Below are positions 17,598-26,774 of a DNA stretch of 32,000 bases, piece after piece (positions within the stretch are counted from its first letter, which is position 1; every line of letters begins with the position of its first letter). The DNA comes from Thermoproteus tenax Kra 1. Lineage in GTDB: Archaea; Thermoproteota; Thermoprotei; Thermoproteales; Thermoproteaceae. Position numbers and translations under genes: made by a program. The stretch spans positions 60,001 through 92,000 of the forward strand of contig NC_016070.1 of the NCBI RefSeq assembly GCF_000253055.1, read 5' to 3'. Below the pieces are notes generated by a model. The model worked only from the letters and a program-made list of their open reading frames with translations, was not told where the DNA came from and ran no database searches.

Positions 17598-18353
17598 ATG
17601 ATAGCGTACCTAGTGGCCTATGACGGCGAGCTCTTCTACGGCTTCACAGGACATCCTAGATCTGTAGAGCCAGCTCTGGCGAGGGCGTTGGGCAGAGTCC
17701 TTGGCCGCGGCTCGAGGACTGATCCGGGCGTGTCGGCGCTGGGAAACGTCGTAGTATCGCCGGAGCTCAAGCCGCTTGGCCAGATAAACGCTGCTCTGCC
17801 CAGAGGCCTCTGGGTCTGGGGTTACGCCAATGTGGAAGAGGGCTTCAACCCTCGGAGGGCCAGAGAGAGGACGTATGTGTACATAGCTCCGTACCGCGGC
17901 GAGGACGTAGAGCTCATGAGGAGGGCCGCCTCGCTCTTCGTGGGCGTCCACGACTTTAGGAACTTCGCCAAAGGCGTCGAAAATGCAATTACGCAGATAT
18001 TCTCAATTGACGTAGAGGACCGGGCCACCTACATAGAGCTCACCTTCAAAGGGAGGGGGTTCAAAAACAAAATGCTAAGGAAGATCGCCTGGGCGATTCT
18101 GGCCGCTGGCCGCGGAGTAGTCTCCGTTGAGGAGTTGGAAGAACTTCTGAAAAGCCGTGAGAGAAGGACACCAGTCCCCAGCGCTCCGGCGGAAGGCTTG
18201 GTCCTCCTGTCCATAGATTACGGCATACAATTTCAGATCGACAGAAATATCTTGTCCAGAATGTTTAGATATTTCCAATCTAAACATCAGTTATACATGT
18301 CGCTCTCTTATTCTTATATAAAAATTATTGAGAACATAGCCAAGCTTTTGTAG
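17598..18353 (+). CDS. truA: tRNA pseudouridine synthase A
   Basis: SRTDPGVSALGNV catalytic motif, NPRRARERTYVY, FKNKMLRKI. Confidence 0.9.
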   Translation: MIAYLVAYDGELFYGFTGHPRSVEPALARALGRVLGRGSRTDPGVSALGNVVVSPELKPLGQINAALPRGLWVWGYANVEEGFNPRRARERTYVYIAPYRGEDVELMRRAASLFVGVHDFRNFAKGVENAITQIFSIDVEDRATYIELTFKGRGFKNKMLRKIAWAILAAGRGVVSVEELEELLKSRERRTPVPSAPAEGLVLLSIDYGIQFQIDRNILSRMFRYFQSKHQLYMSLSYSYIKIIENIAKLL

Positions 18354-18395
18354 GCAATGAAGAAGAGTTTTTAAATAGACTTCGCATAAGAACAC

Positions 18396-19043
18396 GTGGA
18401 GCCCTACTGCAACTTCGACGCAGCCGCGGAGAACGTGAGAGAGCTGTTGTACGACGAATTGGCGGAGCTGTACTGGGATATGCCCCGGAGGGAGATAGAG
18501 ACCGTCGTGGACATCGCCTGGAGGGACTTCCTCCACTATTTGTCCTACAAGTCGGGTATATACCTATCTCCGCGCTTCAGGGAGGACAGGGCGCGCCAAA
18601 GGCTCTGTGTATACATAATGAGCAAGTGGGACAAAGTGAGAGAGCTTGCTTCGGAGTGGATCGTCATGTGGTCGGCTAAGTGGCGCCAAAGGGTCAAGTT
18701 GGTCTTCAGCGATGAGGAGTTCAAGAGGGCCTCAGCCTCTGAGGACTCCCTCAAGCCCCACAAGAAACTTGATGAGTTCTTGGCCAAGACGGACCATCTG
18801 GAGCTTCAGCTCTTCACAGTGTCGAACTTAGTAAAGGCGGGCGAGCTCGCCGGCTTAGACCAGATTGCGGACTACATCATCAGAGACGAGGCCAACGCCC
18901 TCCTGCATCAATACGGCCTGGAGAAGGCCCTGGAGAAATACAGAGAGGGCGTATTGGCCGAGAGGATTCTGAGGAGGATAAAGAGCTTGAGCAAGGTCTC
19001 AGAGCCTCTCCTGATCATCAGAGTGGATGTGACTAGAGCCTAG
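18396..19043 (+). CDS. Hypothetical protein, predicted helical and charged
   Basis: 215-aa ORF. GTG start about 23-26 nt after TTTTTAAATA, consistent with a leaderless archaeal gene. Confidence 0.65.
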   Translation: MEPYCNFDAAAENVRELLYDELAELYWDMPRREIETVVDIAWRDFLHYLSYKSGIYLSPRFREDRARQRLCVYIMSKWDKVRELASEWIVMWSAKWRQRVKLVFSDEEFKRASASEDSLKPHKKLDEFLAKTDHLELQLFTVSNLVKAGELAGLDQIADYIIRDEANALLHQYGLEKALEKYREGVLAERILRRIKSLSKVSEPLLIIRVDVTRA

Positions 19044-19519
19044 CCCAGCTGAGCAACGGTCAATGTTGATATATAGGCCGGCTCTCTGGGCTCAACGCCC
19101 TTAATGGTCACTTTGACCCACCCCTTCTGCGTGTAGAGAAAGCCGGTGAAGTTGGTGAAGACGGGCACTCTCGCGAACGCGAAGGCCCTCAGCGCCGTCT
19201 TCAGCTCCTCTACGTTCAACGTAGCTTCAGCTGATAGGCCGAGCCTGACCGAGGAGGCCTCGTAGGCTCTATCTATCCTCTTGAGCAACACAGCCCTGCT
19301 ACGGCCGCCGAGGGCCATGTATATATCAGCAGTGACCAAAATACCCGACTTATTTGTTCTCTCCACTGAGGCGACTCTGCCGCCGCTGCTGCCGTCGGGC
19401 GTCTCAAGCTTAACGGCGTCGCCCACCCTCAGGCCCAACGCCTCAGCTACATCGTTGGAGACTATCACTCTGAATCCAACGTCCTCCATATAGCCGCGCA
19501 ACCTCACAAGCGCGTACAC
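19040..19519 (-). CDS. Hypothetical protein resembling the double-psi beta-barrel N-domain of VAT/Cdc48
   Basis: 159-aa ORF with FRVIVSNDVAEALGLRVGDAVKLETPDGSSGGRV. TATATT about 26 nt upstream of the GTG start. Confidence 0.6.
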   Translation of the reverse strand: MYALVRLRGYMEDVGFRVIVSNDVAEALGLRVGDAVKLETPDGSSGGRVASVERTNKSGILVTADIYMALGGRSRAVLLKRIDRAYEASSVRLGLSAEATLNVEELKTALRAFAFARVPVFTNFTGFLYTQKGWVKVTIKGVEPREPAYISTLTVAQLG

Positions 19520-19633
19520 ATCGTGCTTTACTTAGTTGAATATAAAAGTCTAGCGGACGGCCGTTTGTCTGATTATAACGAGGCCGATCCGCGGCATCTT
19601 TAGGGACTGAGGACAAGTGACACAATGACGTGG

Positions 19634-19772
19634 CTGTAGATTATGTCGATATCGGCGTAAAAACAGAGCTGGCCATGTTGAGATCCTCGGGTTGTGGCAA
19701 AACTACGATTAATCGCAGACATAAGGGGCCGAGGGGGAGGATATGCTTCTGTGATGACGATGTAATCTACAG
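19634..19772 (+). repeat. 15-nt inverted repeat enclosing 109 nt, candidate closing helix of a structured RNA
   Basis: CTGTAGATTATGTCG (19634-19648) pairs with CGATGTAATCTACAG (19758-19772). All 15 positions pair if two G:U pairs are allowed on the plus strand. Confidence 0.55.
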
Positions 19773-19841
19773 ATAAGGAACACGGCCATAGTTCTCCATA
19801 TTATGGTCTCAAATTTTATATGATAATTAATTCCTACAGAT

Positions 19842-21476
19842 ATGAGAACCTCAACAATAATAGCGGTCGTGGTAGTTGCAATAATAGTTATAGCGGCCTT
19901 AGCCTATTTAGTTTCTCAAGCCAGCAAACCATCGCCGGCGGCTACGACTACAAGCGCTACCCCGACTACAACGCCGACTGCAACGTCTGTCCCAACTACA
20001 ACGACAGCGCAGGCCGGGCCGACATTAACTATAGGTGTTACGGACAAGGTGACCGAGCTGGACCCAGCAATGGCCTACGACTTCTTTACGTGGGAGATAT
20101 TCTACAACACTATGTCGGGGCTCGTCATGTATAAGCCGGGCACTACTGAGCTAATTCCGGCCCTTGCGACTAGTTGGGAGGTTAAAGATAACGGCACTGT
20201 TTGGATATTCCACTTGAGACACGATGCAAAGTTCTGCGACGGTACGCCGGTAACGGCACAGAACGTGGTGTGGTCTATCGAGAGAGTCATGAGGATTAAC
20301 GGAGATCCGGCGTGGCTAGTTACATATTTCGTTAAGAATGTCACAGCTCTGGACAACTACACAGTGATGTTCGTGCTCAAAAGGCCTGTCGCCTATTTCC
20401 TGGCCCTTCTGGCAACTCCGCCCTACTTCCCTGTTAGTCCCAAATACAACCCAACACAAGTGGATCCAGATCAAACAGCAGGAGGGGCCGGCCCCTACTG
20501 TATATCTAAGTTCGTAAGAGATCAGGTTATAATACTGACCGCTAATCCATACTGGTACGGGCCACAGCCCTATTACAAGACAGTTATCATCAGGTTCTAC
20601 AGCGATTCCTCTGCGCTTAGATTGGCGCTTCAGAGCGGCGAAATAGATATAGCTTGGCGCACGCTCAGTCCGCCAGACCTCCAAGCGCTTAGAGCTAGCG
20701 GCAAGTACGAGGTGATCGAAATTCCAAGCATGTTCATACGGTATATGGTTATAAACACTAGGATGATAAACAATACGCTAGTCAGAGAGGCGCTTGCCGC
20801 CGCTGTGTGCAGATCTCAGATAATCAACGTGGTATTCAACGGCACAATGTCTCCGCTCTACACAATGATACCATCCGGCATGTGGGGAGCTGTGCCTGTG
20901 TTTAAACAGTTGTACGGAGATTGTAATACTACTCTGGCCCAACAGTTGCTTCAGAAAGCTGGATACTCGGCGAACAATAAGCTTGTCATAGATCTATGGT
21001 ATACTCCATCGCACTATGGAAGCACCGAGCAAGATATAGCCGCATTGCTGAAACAACAATTGGAGGCTACTGGAATGATACAAGTGAACATAAGATCGGC
21101 CGAGTGGAGCACGTATACTGATTATGCCAGGAAGGGCGTGATGGAGGTATATCTGTTGGGTTGGTATCCTGACTATCTTGACCCAGACGACTACATGGTG
21201 CCCTTCTTCAGAACTGGCGCAAACTCGTGGTTGGGCAACGGCTACTCGAACCCAACTGTCGACGCCTTATTGGATAAGGCATCTGTTCTAGTGAACCAGA
21301 CTCAGAGAGCTCAGATATATGCAGAGGTGCAGTACATAATAGCTAGAGAAGCCCCCATCGTGCCCTTATTCCAAGGCAAATTGTTTATAGTGGCCAAGCC
21401 AGGCATTAAGATAGTCGTGGATCCCACGATGATATTGAGATACTGGCTTATTTCATATAGCGGCCAATCATCCTAA
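19842..21476 (+). CDS. ABC transporter solute-binding protein, family 5 (oligopeptide/oligosaccharide type)
   Basis: N-terminal hydrophobic segment, Thr/Pro-rich linker, LTIGVTDKVTELDPAMAYDF and YNPTQVDPDQTAGGAGPYCISKF. Confidence 0.9.
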   Translation: MRTSTIIAVVVVAIIVIAALAYLVSQASKPSPAATTTSATPTTTPTATSVPTTTTAQAGPTLTIGVTDKVTELDPAMAYDFFTWEIFYNTMSGLVMYKPGTTELIPALATSWEVKDNGTVWIFHLRHDAKFCDGTPVTAQNVVWSIERVMRINGDPAWLVTYFVKNVTALDNYTVMFVLKRPVAYFLALLATPPYFPVSPKYNPTQVDPDQTAGGAGPYCISKFVRDQVIILTANPYWYGPQPYYKTVIIRFYSDSSALRLALQSGEIDIAWRTLSPPDLQALRASGKYEVIEIPSMFIRYMVINTRMINNTLVREALAAAVCRSQIINVVFNGTMSPLYTMIPSGMWGAVPVFKQLYGDCNTTLAQQLLQKAGYSANNKLVIDLWYTPSHYGSTEQDIAALLKQQLEATGMIQVNIRSAEWSTYTDYARKGVMEVYLLGWYPDYLDPDDYMVPFFRTGANSWLGNGYSNPTVDALLDKASVLVNQTQRAQIYAEVQYIIAREAPIVPLFQGKLFIVAKPGIKIVVDPTMILRYWLISYSGQSS

Positions 21477-21479
21477 CAG

Positions 21480-22283
21480 CTATATCTTTTTTCTCAATCC
21501 GTATTTTTCGGCAAGGCTATCGCCCAATAGAGAGAACCCCAACGCAGCCAAGACGATCATAAGGCCTGGCAATAGTAGCCACCATGCCCCATTCAGTATA
21601 TAGGACTTCGCTGAGGACAAGTCGGCCCCCCAGTCGGGCGTCGGAGGGACTACTGTGTAGCCGAAGAACGCCAGAGCGGCTTCTGTCAAGATGGCATCGG
21701 CAAGATTTATTGTGGCTATTACTACTAACGTCAGAATTAGAGTGGGCGTGATATGCCTTATGATGATGTGCCGGGTGGATGCACCGAGGGCTTGAGCGGC
21801 CTCGATATATTGAAACGTCTTCACGACCAACGTCTCATTACGTGCAACTCGGAAGTAAGTGGGTATATATACGAAGCCTATCGCTAAGGCCGCGTTAAGA
21901 GGACTAGGGCCCAACACGGCGGCTATCGCCATCGCCATTAATAGTCCTGGAAAGGCGTAAAGGCTATCCATGATCATAGTCAACACTCTATCTACCCATT
22001 TTCCCACATAGCCCGACATCATGCCCAATACGGCTCCGATGAGGGCCGAAATAGCTGTGGCTAACAATGCCACGCCCAAGGGCACTCTTCCGCCGTAGAT
22101 AAGTCTGGCCAAAACGTCTCTCCCTAAATAATCGGTTCCTAAAGGATGGCTTAGACTTGGAGGAAGAAGAGGGCTTGAGGAAGATAACGTGGGATCCACG
22201 TTGTACACCAACGGCCCTATAAGCACGAATGCGGCTAGGAAGGCCACAAGACCAGCCCCGAAATAAAGCTTCAGCTGTGCCAT
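21480..22283 (-). CDS. Opp/Dpp-type ABC transporter permease (DppC-like)
   Basis: HPLGTDYLGRDVLARLIYGGRVPL and EAAQALGASTRHIIIRHITP motifs. Confidence 0.92.
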   Translation of the reverse strand: MAQLKLYFGAGLVAFLAAFVLIGPLVYNVDPTLSSSSPLLPPSLSHPLGTDYLGRDVLARLIYGGRVPLGVALLATAISALIGAVLGMMSGYVGKWVDRVLTMIMDSLYAFPGLLMAMAIAAVLGPSPLNAALAIGFVYIPTYFRVARNETLVVKTFQYIEAAQALGASTRHIIIRHITPTLILTLVVIATINLADAILTEAALAFFGYTVVPPTPDWGADLSSAKSYILNGAWWLLLPGLMIVLAALGFSLLGDSLAEKYGLRKKI

Positions 22284-23302
22284 GAGCCCCTCCTGAGCCT
22301 GGGGTCAACTACTATATTTATTAAATCTACTATTATATTTATTATAACGACAATGATAACATAAAATATAACAATACCTTGTACTGTTGGATAATCTAAA
22401 TATTGTATTCTTTCAAGTAGCAGCGTTCCCAGGCCCGGCCAAGAGAACGTTGTCTCTGTCAACACAGCTCCTTGAAGCAACAACGCTAGCTGAAGACCCA
22501 TCATTGTGATTGTTGGCACGAGGGCTGCTCTGTACGCCCTCATTAAGATGCGCCACTTCGATAGCCCAGCCGCTCTGTAAGTGGTTATAAAGTCCTCTTC
22601 CAACATCTTCACCATATTGTTTCTTATGAATCTCGTGAACACGCCCGAGATAACAACCCCCAAAGTTATAGAGGGCAGCACTAGATGTTTCAAGGCGCTG
22701 ATTAGGGCCGGCCAATCGGCAGATATTATGGAGTCAACGACATATAGCCCAGTGTAATGAGGCGGCTCCAGACCCGGCGTAATTCTGCCGCCTACAGGCA
22801 AAACCTTCAAATAAACCCCGAACACAAGCTGGAGCGCCAGGCCGAAGAAGGGTATAAACAAAATGTATGCAATTATAGCATAAAGTCTAACAGCCTCGTC
22901 TACGTTTTTCCTAAAATATGAAGCGAGGAACGCCAGTATATGCCCTATTGCCACACTCACTAAAAACGAGGATATAGCGAGCTCTACAGTTGCCGGGAAC
23001 CTAGCCATTATGTCGTCAATCACCGGCCTACTATCGACGAAGCTAGTCCCTAAGTTGCCCGTGAAGACTCCCTTTATGTAGTCGATATATTGAAGATAGA
23101 GCGGTTTATCTAACCCGGCCTGATGCATCAACTGTTGGACATACTCGGGCGGCGCCTTCTGGCCCACTATCGCCTCTATAGGGTTTCCAGGTATCACCCT
23201 GAGTATGATGAAGACTACGGTAAGGAGAATAAACATAGTGGGCAAGGCCAGCGCGAGCCTCAGTAATATGTATCTGAGCGGACTCATGATCTCACTAGCC
23301 AA
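22271..23302 (-). CDS. Opp/Dpp-type ABC transporter permease (DppB-like)
   Basis: VVFIILRVIPGNP, TTYRAAGLSKWRILMRAYRAALVP. Start probably at MSPLRY. Confidence 0.9.
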   Translation of the reverse strand: MASEIMSPLRYILLRLALALPTMFILLTVVFIILRVIPGNPIEAIVGQKAPPEYVQQLMHQAGLDKPLYLQYIDYIKGVFTGNLGTSFVDSRPVIDDIMARFPATVELAISSFLVSVAIGHILAFLASYFRKNVDEAVRLYAIIAYILFIPFFGLALQLVFGVYLKVLPVGGRITPGLEPPHYTGLYVVDSIISADWPALISALKHLVLPSITLGVVISGVFTRFIRNNMVKMLEEDFITTYRAAGLSKWRILMRAYRAALVPTITMMGLQLALLLQGAVLTETTFSWPGLGTLLLERIQYLDYPTVQGIVIFYVIIVVIINIIVDLINIVVDPRLRRGSWHS

Positions 23303-24249
23303 CAGCTCACTTTATGTCCTCTGGCTAGCTCGGCTTCAGGGGGCTCCTCTTTGCTACATACATCCATAGCGAAGGGACAGCGCGGATGGAAGCGGCAGCC
23401 AGGCGGCGGATTAATTAGGCTGGGCACCTGCCCTTTGATGAACCCCAGCTCTTTATCTTGTCTCAAAGTCGGAGTAGATCCAAGTAATGCCATAGTATAG
23501 GGATGTTTCGGCGACGTCAGTATATCGTCGATATCTCCTACTTCCACTATCTTTCCAGCGTACATAACTGCGATTCTGTCCGCAATCTCCGAGGCCAGGG
23601 CCAGATCGTGTGTAATCAGTATCATAGATGTATCCCTCTTTAACTCCTTTAGGAGTGAGATTATATTAGCTTGAGTTATTACGTCCAGCGCCGAGGTCGG
23701 CTCATCGAGGATCACCACGAGAGGTCTCATGATAATAGCCAGGGCTATTATGACTCTCTGTTTCATACCGCCTGAGAGCTCGAAGGGATACATGTTGAGC
23801 ACTGTCGCAGGTAGACCCACCGATTTCAAGGCGTCGGCCGCTAGCTTTAAGCTCTCGTTCTTGTTAAGCGGCCTATGCTCTCTTAAGATCCGGTATATAA
23901 AATCGCCGATAGTAGAGACGGGGTCTATGGCGTTCATAGACGCTTGGAACACCATAGAAATACGCTTCCACCTCACCTCTCTCCTTAACGTCTCCTCATC
24001 AAGCGACACTATATCAAATGCTCTATCTGTATCGTATAGAACAATTTTTCCCTCGTAGAGTGCCACATTTTCAGGCAATAGGCGCATTATGGCATACCCT
24101 AGCGATGATTTCCCGCTGCCCGACTCTCCTACTATCGCCAAGACCTCACCGCTTTTTAACGTGAAGGAGACGCCGTCTACAGCTTTGACAAGCCCCTGCC
24201 TTGTTCTGTAGTAGAGCTTGAGCCCCCCCACTTCTAAGACGGTTTGCAC
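23284..24249 (-). CDS. Opp/Dpp-type ABC transporter ATP-binding protein (DppD-like)
   Basis: GESGSGKSS, LSGGMKQR, and C-terminal GCRFHPRCPFAMDVC. Confidence 0.92.
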   Translation of the reverse strand: MQTVLEVGGLKLYYRTRQGLVKAVDGVSFTLKSGEVLAIVGESGSGKSSLGYAIMRLLPENVALYEGKIVLYDTDRAFDIVSLDEETLRREVRWKRISMVFQASMNAIDPVSTIGDFIYRILREHRPLNKNESLKLAADALKSVGLPATVLNMYPFELSGGMKQRVIIALAIIMRPLVVILDEPTSALDVITQANIISLLKELKRDTSMILITHDLALASEIADRIAVMYAGKIVEVGDIDDILTSPKHPYTMALLGSTPTLRQDKELGFIKGQVPSLINPPPGCRFHPRCPFAMDVCSKEEPPEAELARGHKVSCWLVRS

Positions 24250-24288
24250 CGAGTAACATGGGTTTAATAAAAAGAATTTATAGTCAAT

Positions 24289-24915
24289 GTGGACTTGGCG
24301 GTCCCAATAGGCAGATTCAAAACTTTAGAGGATGCAACTCTAATTGTGAGACCGGAGGGGGCTCTGGCGGTTGGGAAGGGGCCAGGCGGCTACGAGGAGA
24401 TCCCAGTGTCTCTCGAAGAGGTCGCGCCGTATGTGTCGCCCTACGCTGACGCATACGACGAATTTCTGGGCAGAGTGGCCGAGGCCTTGGGAGAGAGATA
24501 CTCTCCCCAGGACAAGTCGGCGGTGGACAAATGGCTTGAGGCCCACATCAAGGCAGTTGAGACTTTAGGCGCCAAGTGGGCGAGGATCGTGGACTCTCTG
24601 GGCCCCTTCGCCTTCAGGAGAGTGGTCCCTAAGGTCTACGTACCATATATGGGCTCGAGCATCACTGCGACGTACCTTATATATCCGTTCGAGAACTCCC
24701 TGGTCTCGGCCGATAACAAGGGGAGGACTATGGCGATAGGCAGCGTGGCCGTCGAGTGGGGCGGAGCTACGGTCTTTAAAGCCGGTCTCAGAACTCTTCC
24801 GGGCGCCATAGTCTTAGCTCAAGCGCAGCCGGGCTTGGCCCAACCTCTCCCGCGAATCCTCCAGGCCCTGGAGTCTCTCGTGGCCCGGGTATCTAGGATA
24901 GCGCCGCCTCCTTGA
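24289..24915 (+). CDS. Hypothetical protein
   Basis: 208-aa ORF downstream of a TATA-like region. Its 3' end overlaps the convergent dph6-like gene by 23 bp. Confidence 0.6.
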   Translation: MDLAVPIGRFKTLEDATLIVRPEGALAVGKGPGGYEEIPVSLEEVAPYVSPYADAYDEFLGRVAEALGERYSPQDKSAVDKWLEAHIKAVETLGAKWARIVDSLGPFAFRRVVPKVYVPYMGSSITATYLIYPFENSLVSADNKGRTMAIGSVAVEWGGATVFKAGLRTLPGAIVLAQAQPGLAQPLPRILQALESLVARVSRIAPPP

Positions 24916-25570
24916 TCAATAGATAGCCCCAGCCGGAGGGGCTCCAGAATTTCTCGGCGCTTAGGATTTTCACAGATCTCTTCAACAACGGACTCCTTAG
25001 GACGAAGGTCTCGAACTCGCCGCCCTCCCCGACGGGGGAGAAGCCGTACCTTCTGCTTAGCTCTATCAGTCTCCTCGCCTCCTCCGGCCCCACCCTAGCG
25101 CCGAGCCACCTCTCGTCTAGGCCCATGGCCATCGCGGCCACTATGATGAACTCCTCAGCTTCGGCTTCCTCCAGGAGCAGCTCCTCTTGGTTTTTCCCCC
25201 ACAGAGGAGAGATATGCCTAAGTCCCAGGCGTTCGGCCAACCTGTCTACTCTCTCCTTTTGGTACCTCGAGGCTATGGCCCCGGTCACGACGCCTTCAGC
25301 TCCGCACTCACGTTTGTATTTGGCCAAAGCATCGCCTAGCTCCTCGACTTCCCTCTCCTTTACGCCGGAAACTTGGATCAAATAGTGCGGCAGGCCCATG
25401 GACTGGCCGTGTAGAAGGGCCCATCTGGCGTTGACTGCGTGGAACATATAGGAATCCTGCCTCCCAGGCTCGGCGGTGAGAAGGCACTTGACGACGTGCC
25501 CCTCTTGTACCGCCTTGATGAGCGCATAGTGGCTGTCCTTGCCGCCTGTATATAGGGCGATTAAATCCAT
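24893..25570 (-). CDS. Diphthine-ammonia ligase-like PP-loop ATPase
   Basis: MDLIALYTGGKDSHYALIKA PP-loop, VTGAIASRYQKERVDRLAERLGLRHISPLWGK, GEGGEFETFVL. Start set at ATG 25570. Confidence 0.88.
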   Translation of the reverse strand: MDLIALYTGGKDSHYALIKAVQEGHVVKCLLTAEPGRQDSYMFHAVNARWALLHGQSMGLPHYLIQVSGVKEREVEELGDALAKYKRECGAEGVVTGAIASRYQKERVDRLAERLGLRHISPLWGKNQEELLLEEAEAEEFIIVAAMAMGLDERWLGARVGPEEARRLIELSRRYGFSPVGEGGEFETFVLRSPLLKRSVKILSAEKFWSPSGWGYLLIKEAALS

Positions 25571-25594
25571 AAATTGAGTTTGATACATATATTT

Positions 25595-26059
25595 GTGGAA
25601 TGCCCCTATTTTGTTGAGCCGAACTTGGCCGGCAGCTGTATGCCGGGGAGAGCCGACTTGGGCAAAATTACATCTCTCGGCATAAAACACGTCGTGGCTC
25701 TCGCTGAGGACTGGGAGTTTAAGTTCTACGGAGGTTGGGAGGGAGTTCACGAGTACAAGGAAGAGCTGGAGGACAGAGGAGTTAAGTTGCTCCACTGGCC
25801 TACGCCGGATGGCCACCCGCCTCAAGACCTCCTGGCGCTAGTCCGCATAATTGAGTCGCTCCTGAGGGCTGGGCCCGTCATGGTGCACTGCGTCGGAGGC
25901 ATAGGCAGGACTCCAACGACTCTGGCAGCATATCTTATATATAAGGGGGCGGATGTCCACGAGGCCCTCAGAAGGGTGTCCGAGGCCGTCCCCTCGATCT
26001 CTATAAGCGAGGAGCAGTACAACGCCCTCCTTGAGCTCGAGGCGGAGCTCAGAGGATGA
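25595..26059 (+). CDS. Dual-specificity/tyrosine phosphatase-like protein
   Basis: HCVGGIGRTPT (HCx5R) active-site motif. GTG at 25595 chosen; TTG at 25574 is an alternative. Confidence 0.85.
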   Translation: MECPYFVEPNLAGSCMPGRADLGKITSLGIKHVVALAEDWEFKFYGGWEGVHEYKEELEDRGVKLLHWPTPDGHPPQDLLALVRIIESLLRAGPVMVHCVGGIGRTPTTLAAYLIYKGADVHEALRRVSEAVPSISISEEQYNALLELEAELRG

Positions 26060-26751
26060 CCGAAGTATTCGTTGGAACTAGCGGCTGGCTGTACGACTGG
26101 AATCCCGACTCCCTAGACTGGTACGTAGAGAGCTCGGGGCTCAACGCAGTGGAGTTGAATGCAACGTTCTACAGATATCCATTTAGGAGCCAGGTGGCGA
26201 GTTGGGCGAGGAGGGGGTCAAGGCTCCGTTGGTCCGTCAAAGTACACCGCTATATAACCCACACCAAGAGGCTCAAGGAGGACGCCCTAGGCGCCTGGGC
26301 TAGGTTCAAGGAGCTGATGGCTCAGCTCGACCCCTATGTGGACTTCTACTTGGTCCAACTCCCGCCTGCATTCGACAAGAGGGATAGACACGTGGAGAGG
26401 CTCAGATCGTTCGCCGAATCGACCGGGCTGGGCCGCCGCCTGGCCGTCGAGTTCAGACACGCGAGTTGGTTCAACGAGGACACAGTGAAGCTCTGCGAGG
26501 AGCTGGGGATAACGGCAGTGTCGGTGGATGAGCCGGGCTACACTTGGATCGTCGCAACTGGAGACATAGTTTACTTAAGGCTCCACGGGCGCACCTCTTG
26601 GTACGCCCACGAGTACAGCGAAGAGGAGCTAAGGGAGCTGGCTGATGCCGTGCTCTCGTTGAGACCTAAGAGGGTCTATGCCTTCTTTAACAACGACCAC
26701 TGGATGTTGGAGAACGCCCGCGCGATGATGCGCCTATTTAGTAAACGATAA
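26056..26751 (+). CDS. DUF72 family protein
   Basis: EVFVGTSGWLYDWN, ELNATFYR, LQLPPAF, EFRHASW and YAFFNND signatures. ATGA overlap with the phosphatase gene. Confidence 0.88.
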   Translation: MTEVFVGTSGWLYDWNPDSLDWYVESSGLNAVELNATFYRYPFRSQVASWARRGSRLRWSVKVHRYITHTKRLKEDALGAWARFKELMAQLDPYVDFYLVQLPPAFDKRDRHVERLRSFAESTGLGRRLAVEFRHASWFNEDTVKLCEELGITAVSVDEPGYTWIVATGDIVYLRLHGRTSWYAHEYSEEELRELADAVLSLRPKRVYAFFNNDHWMLENARAMMRLFSKR

Positions 26752-26774
26752 ATCACCACATCGGTTGGAGGCCA

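Noticed and set aside
19751-19757. GTGATGA resembling box C of a C/D sRNA
   Set aside because: No box D (CTGA) or D'/C' pair follows at the expected 12-60 nt spacing.
19820-20134. 104-aa plus ORF overlapping the solute-binding protein start
   Set aside because: It is an alternate frame of the strongly supported 19842..21476 gene, with Asn/Ser/Tyr-rich composition and no motif.
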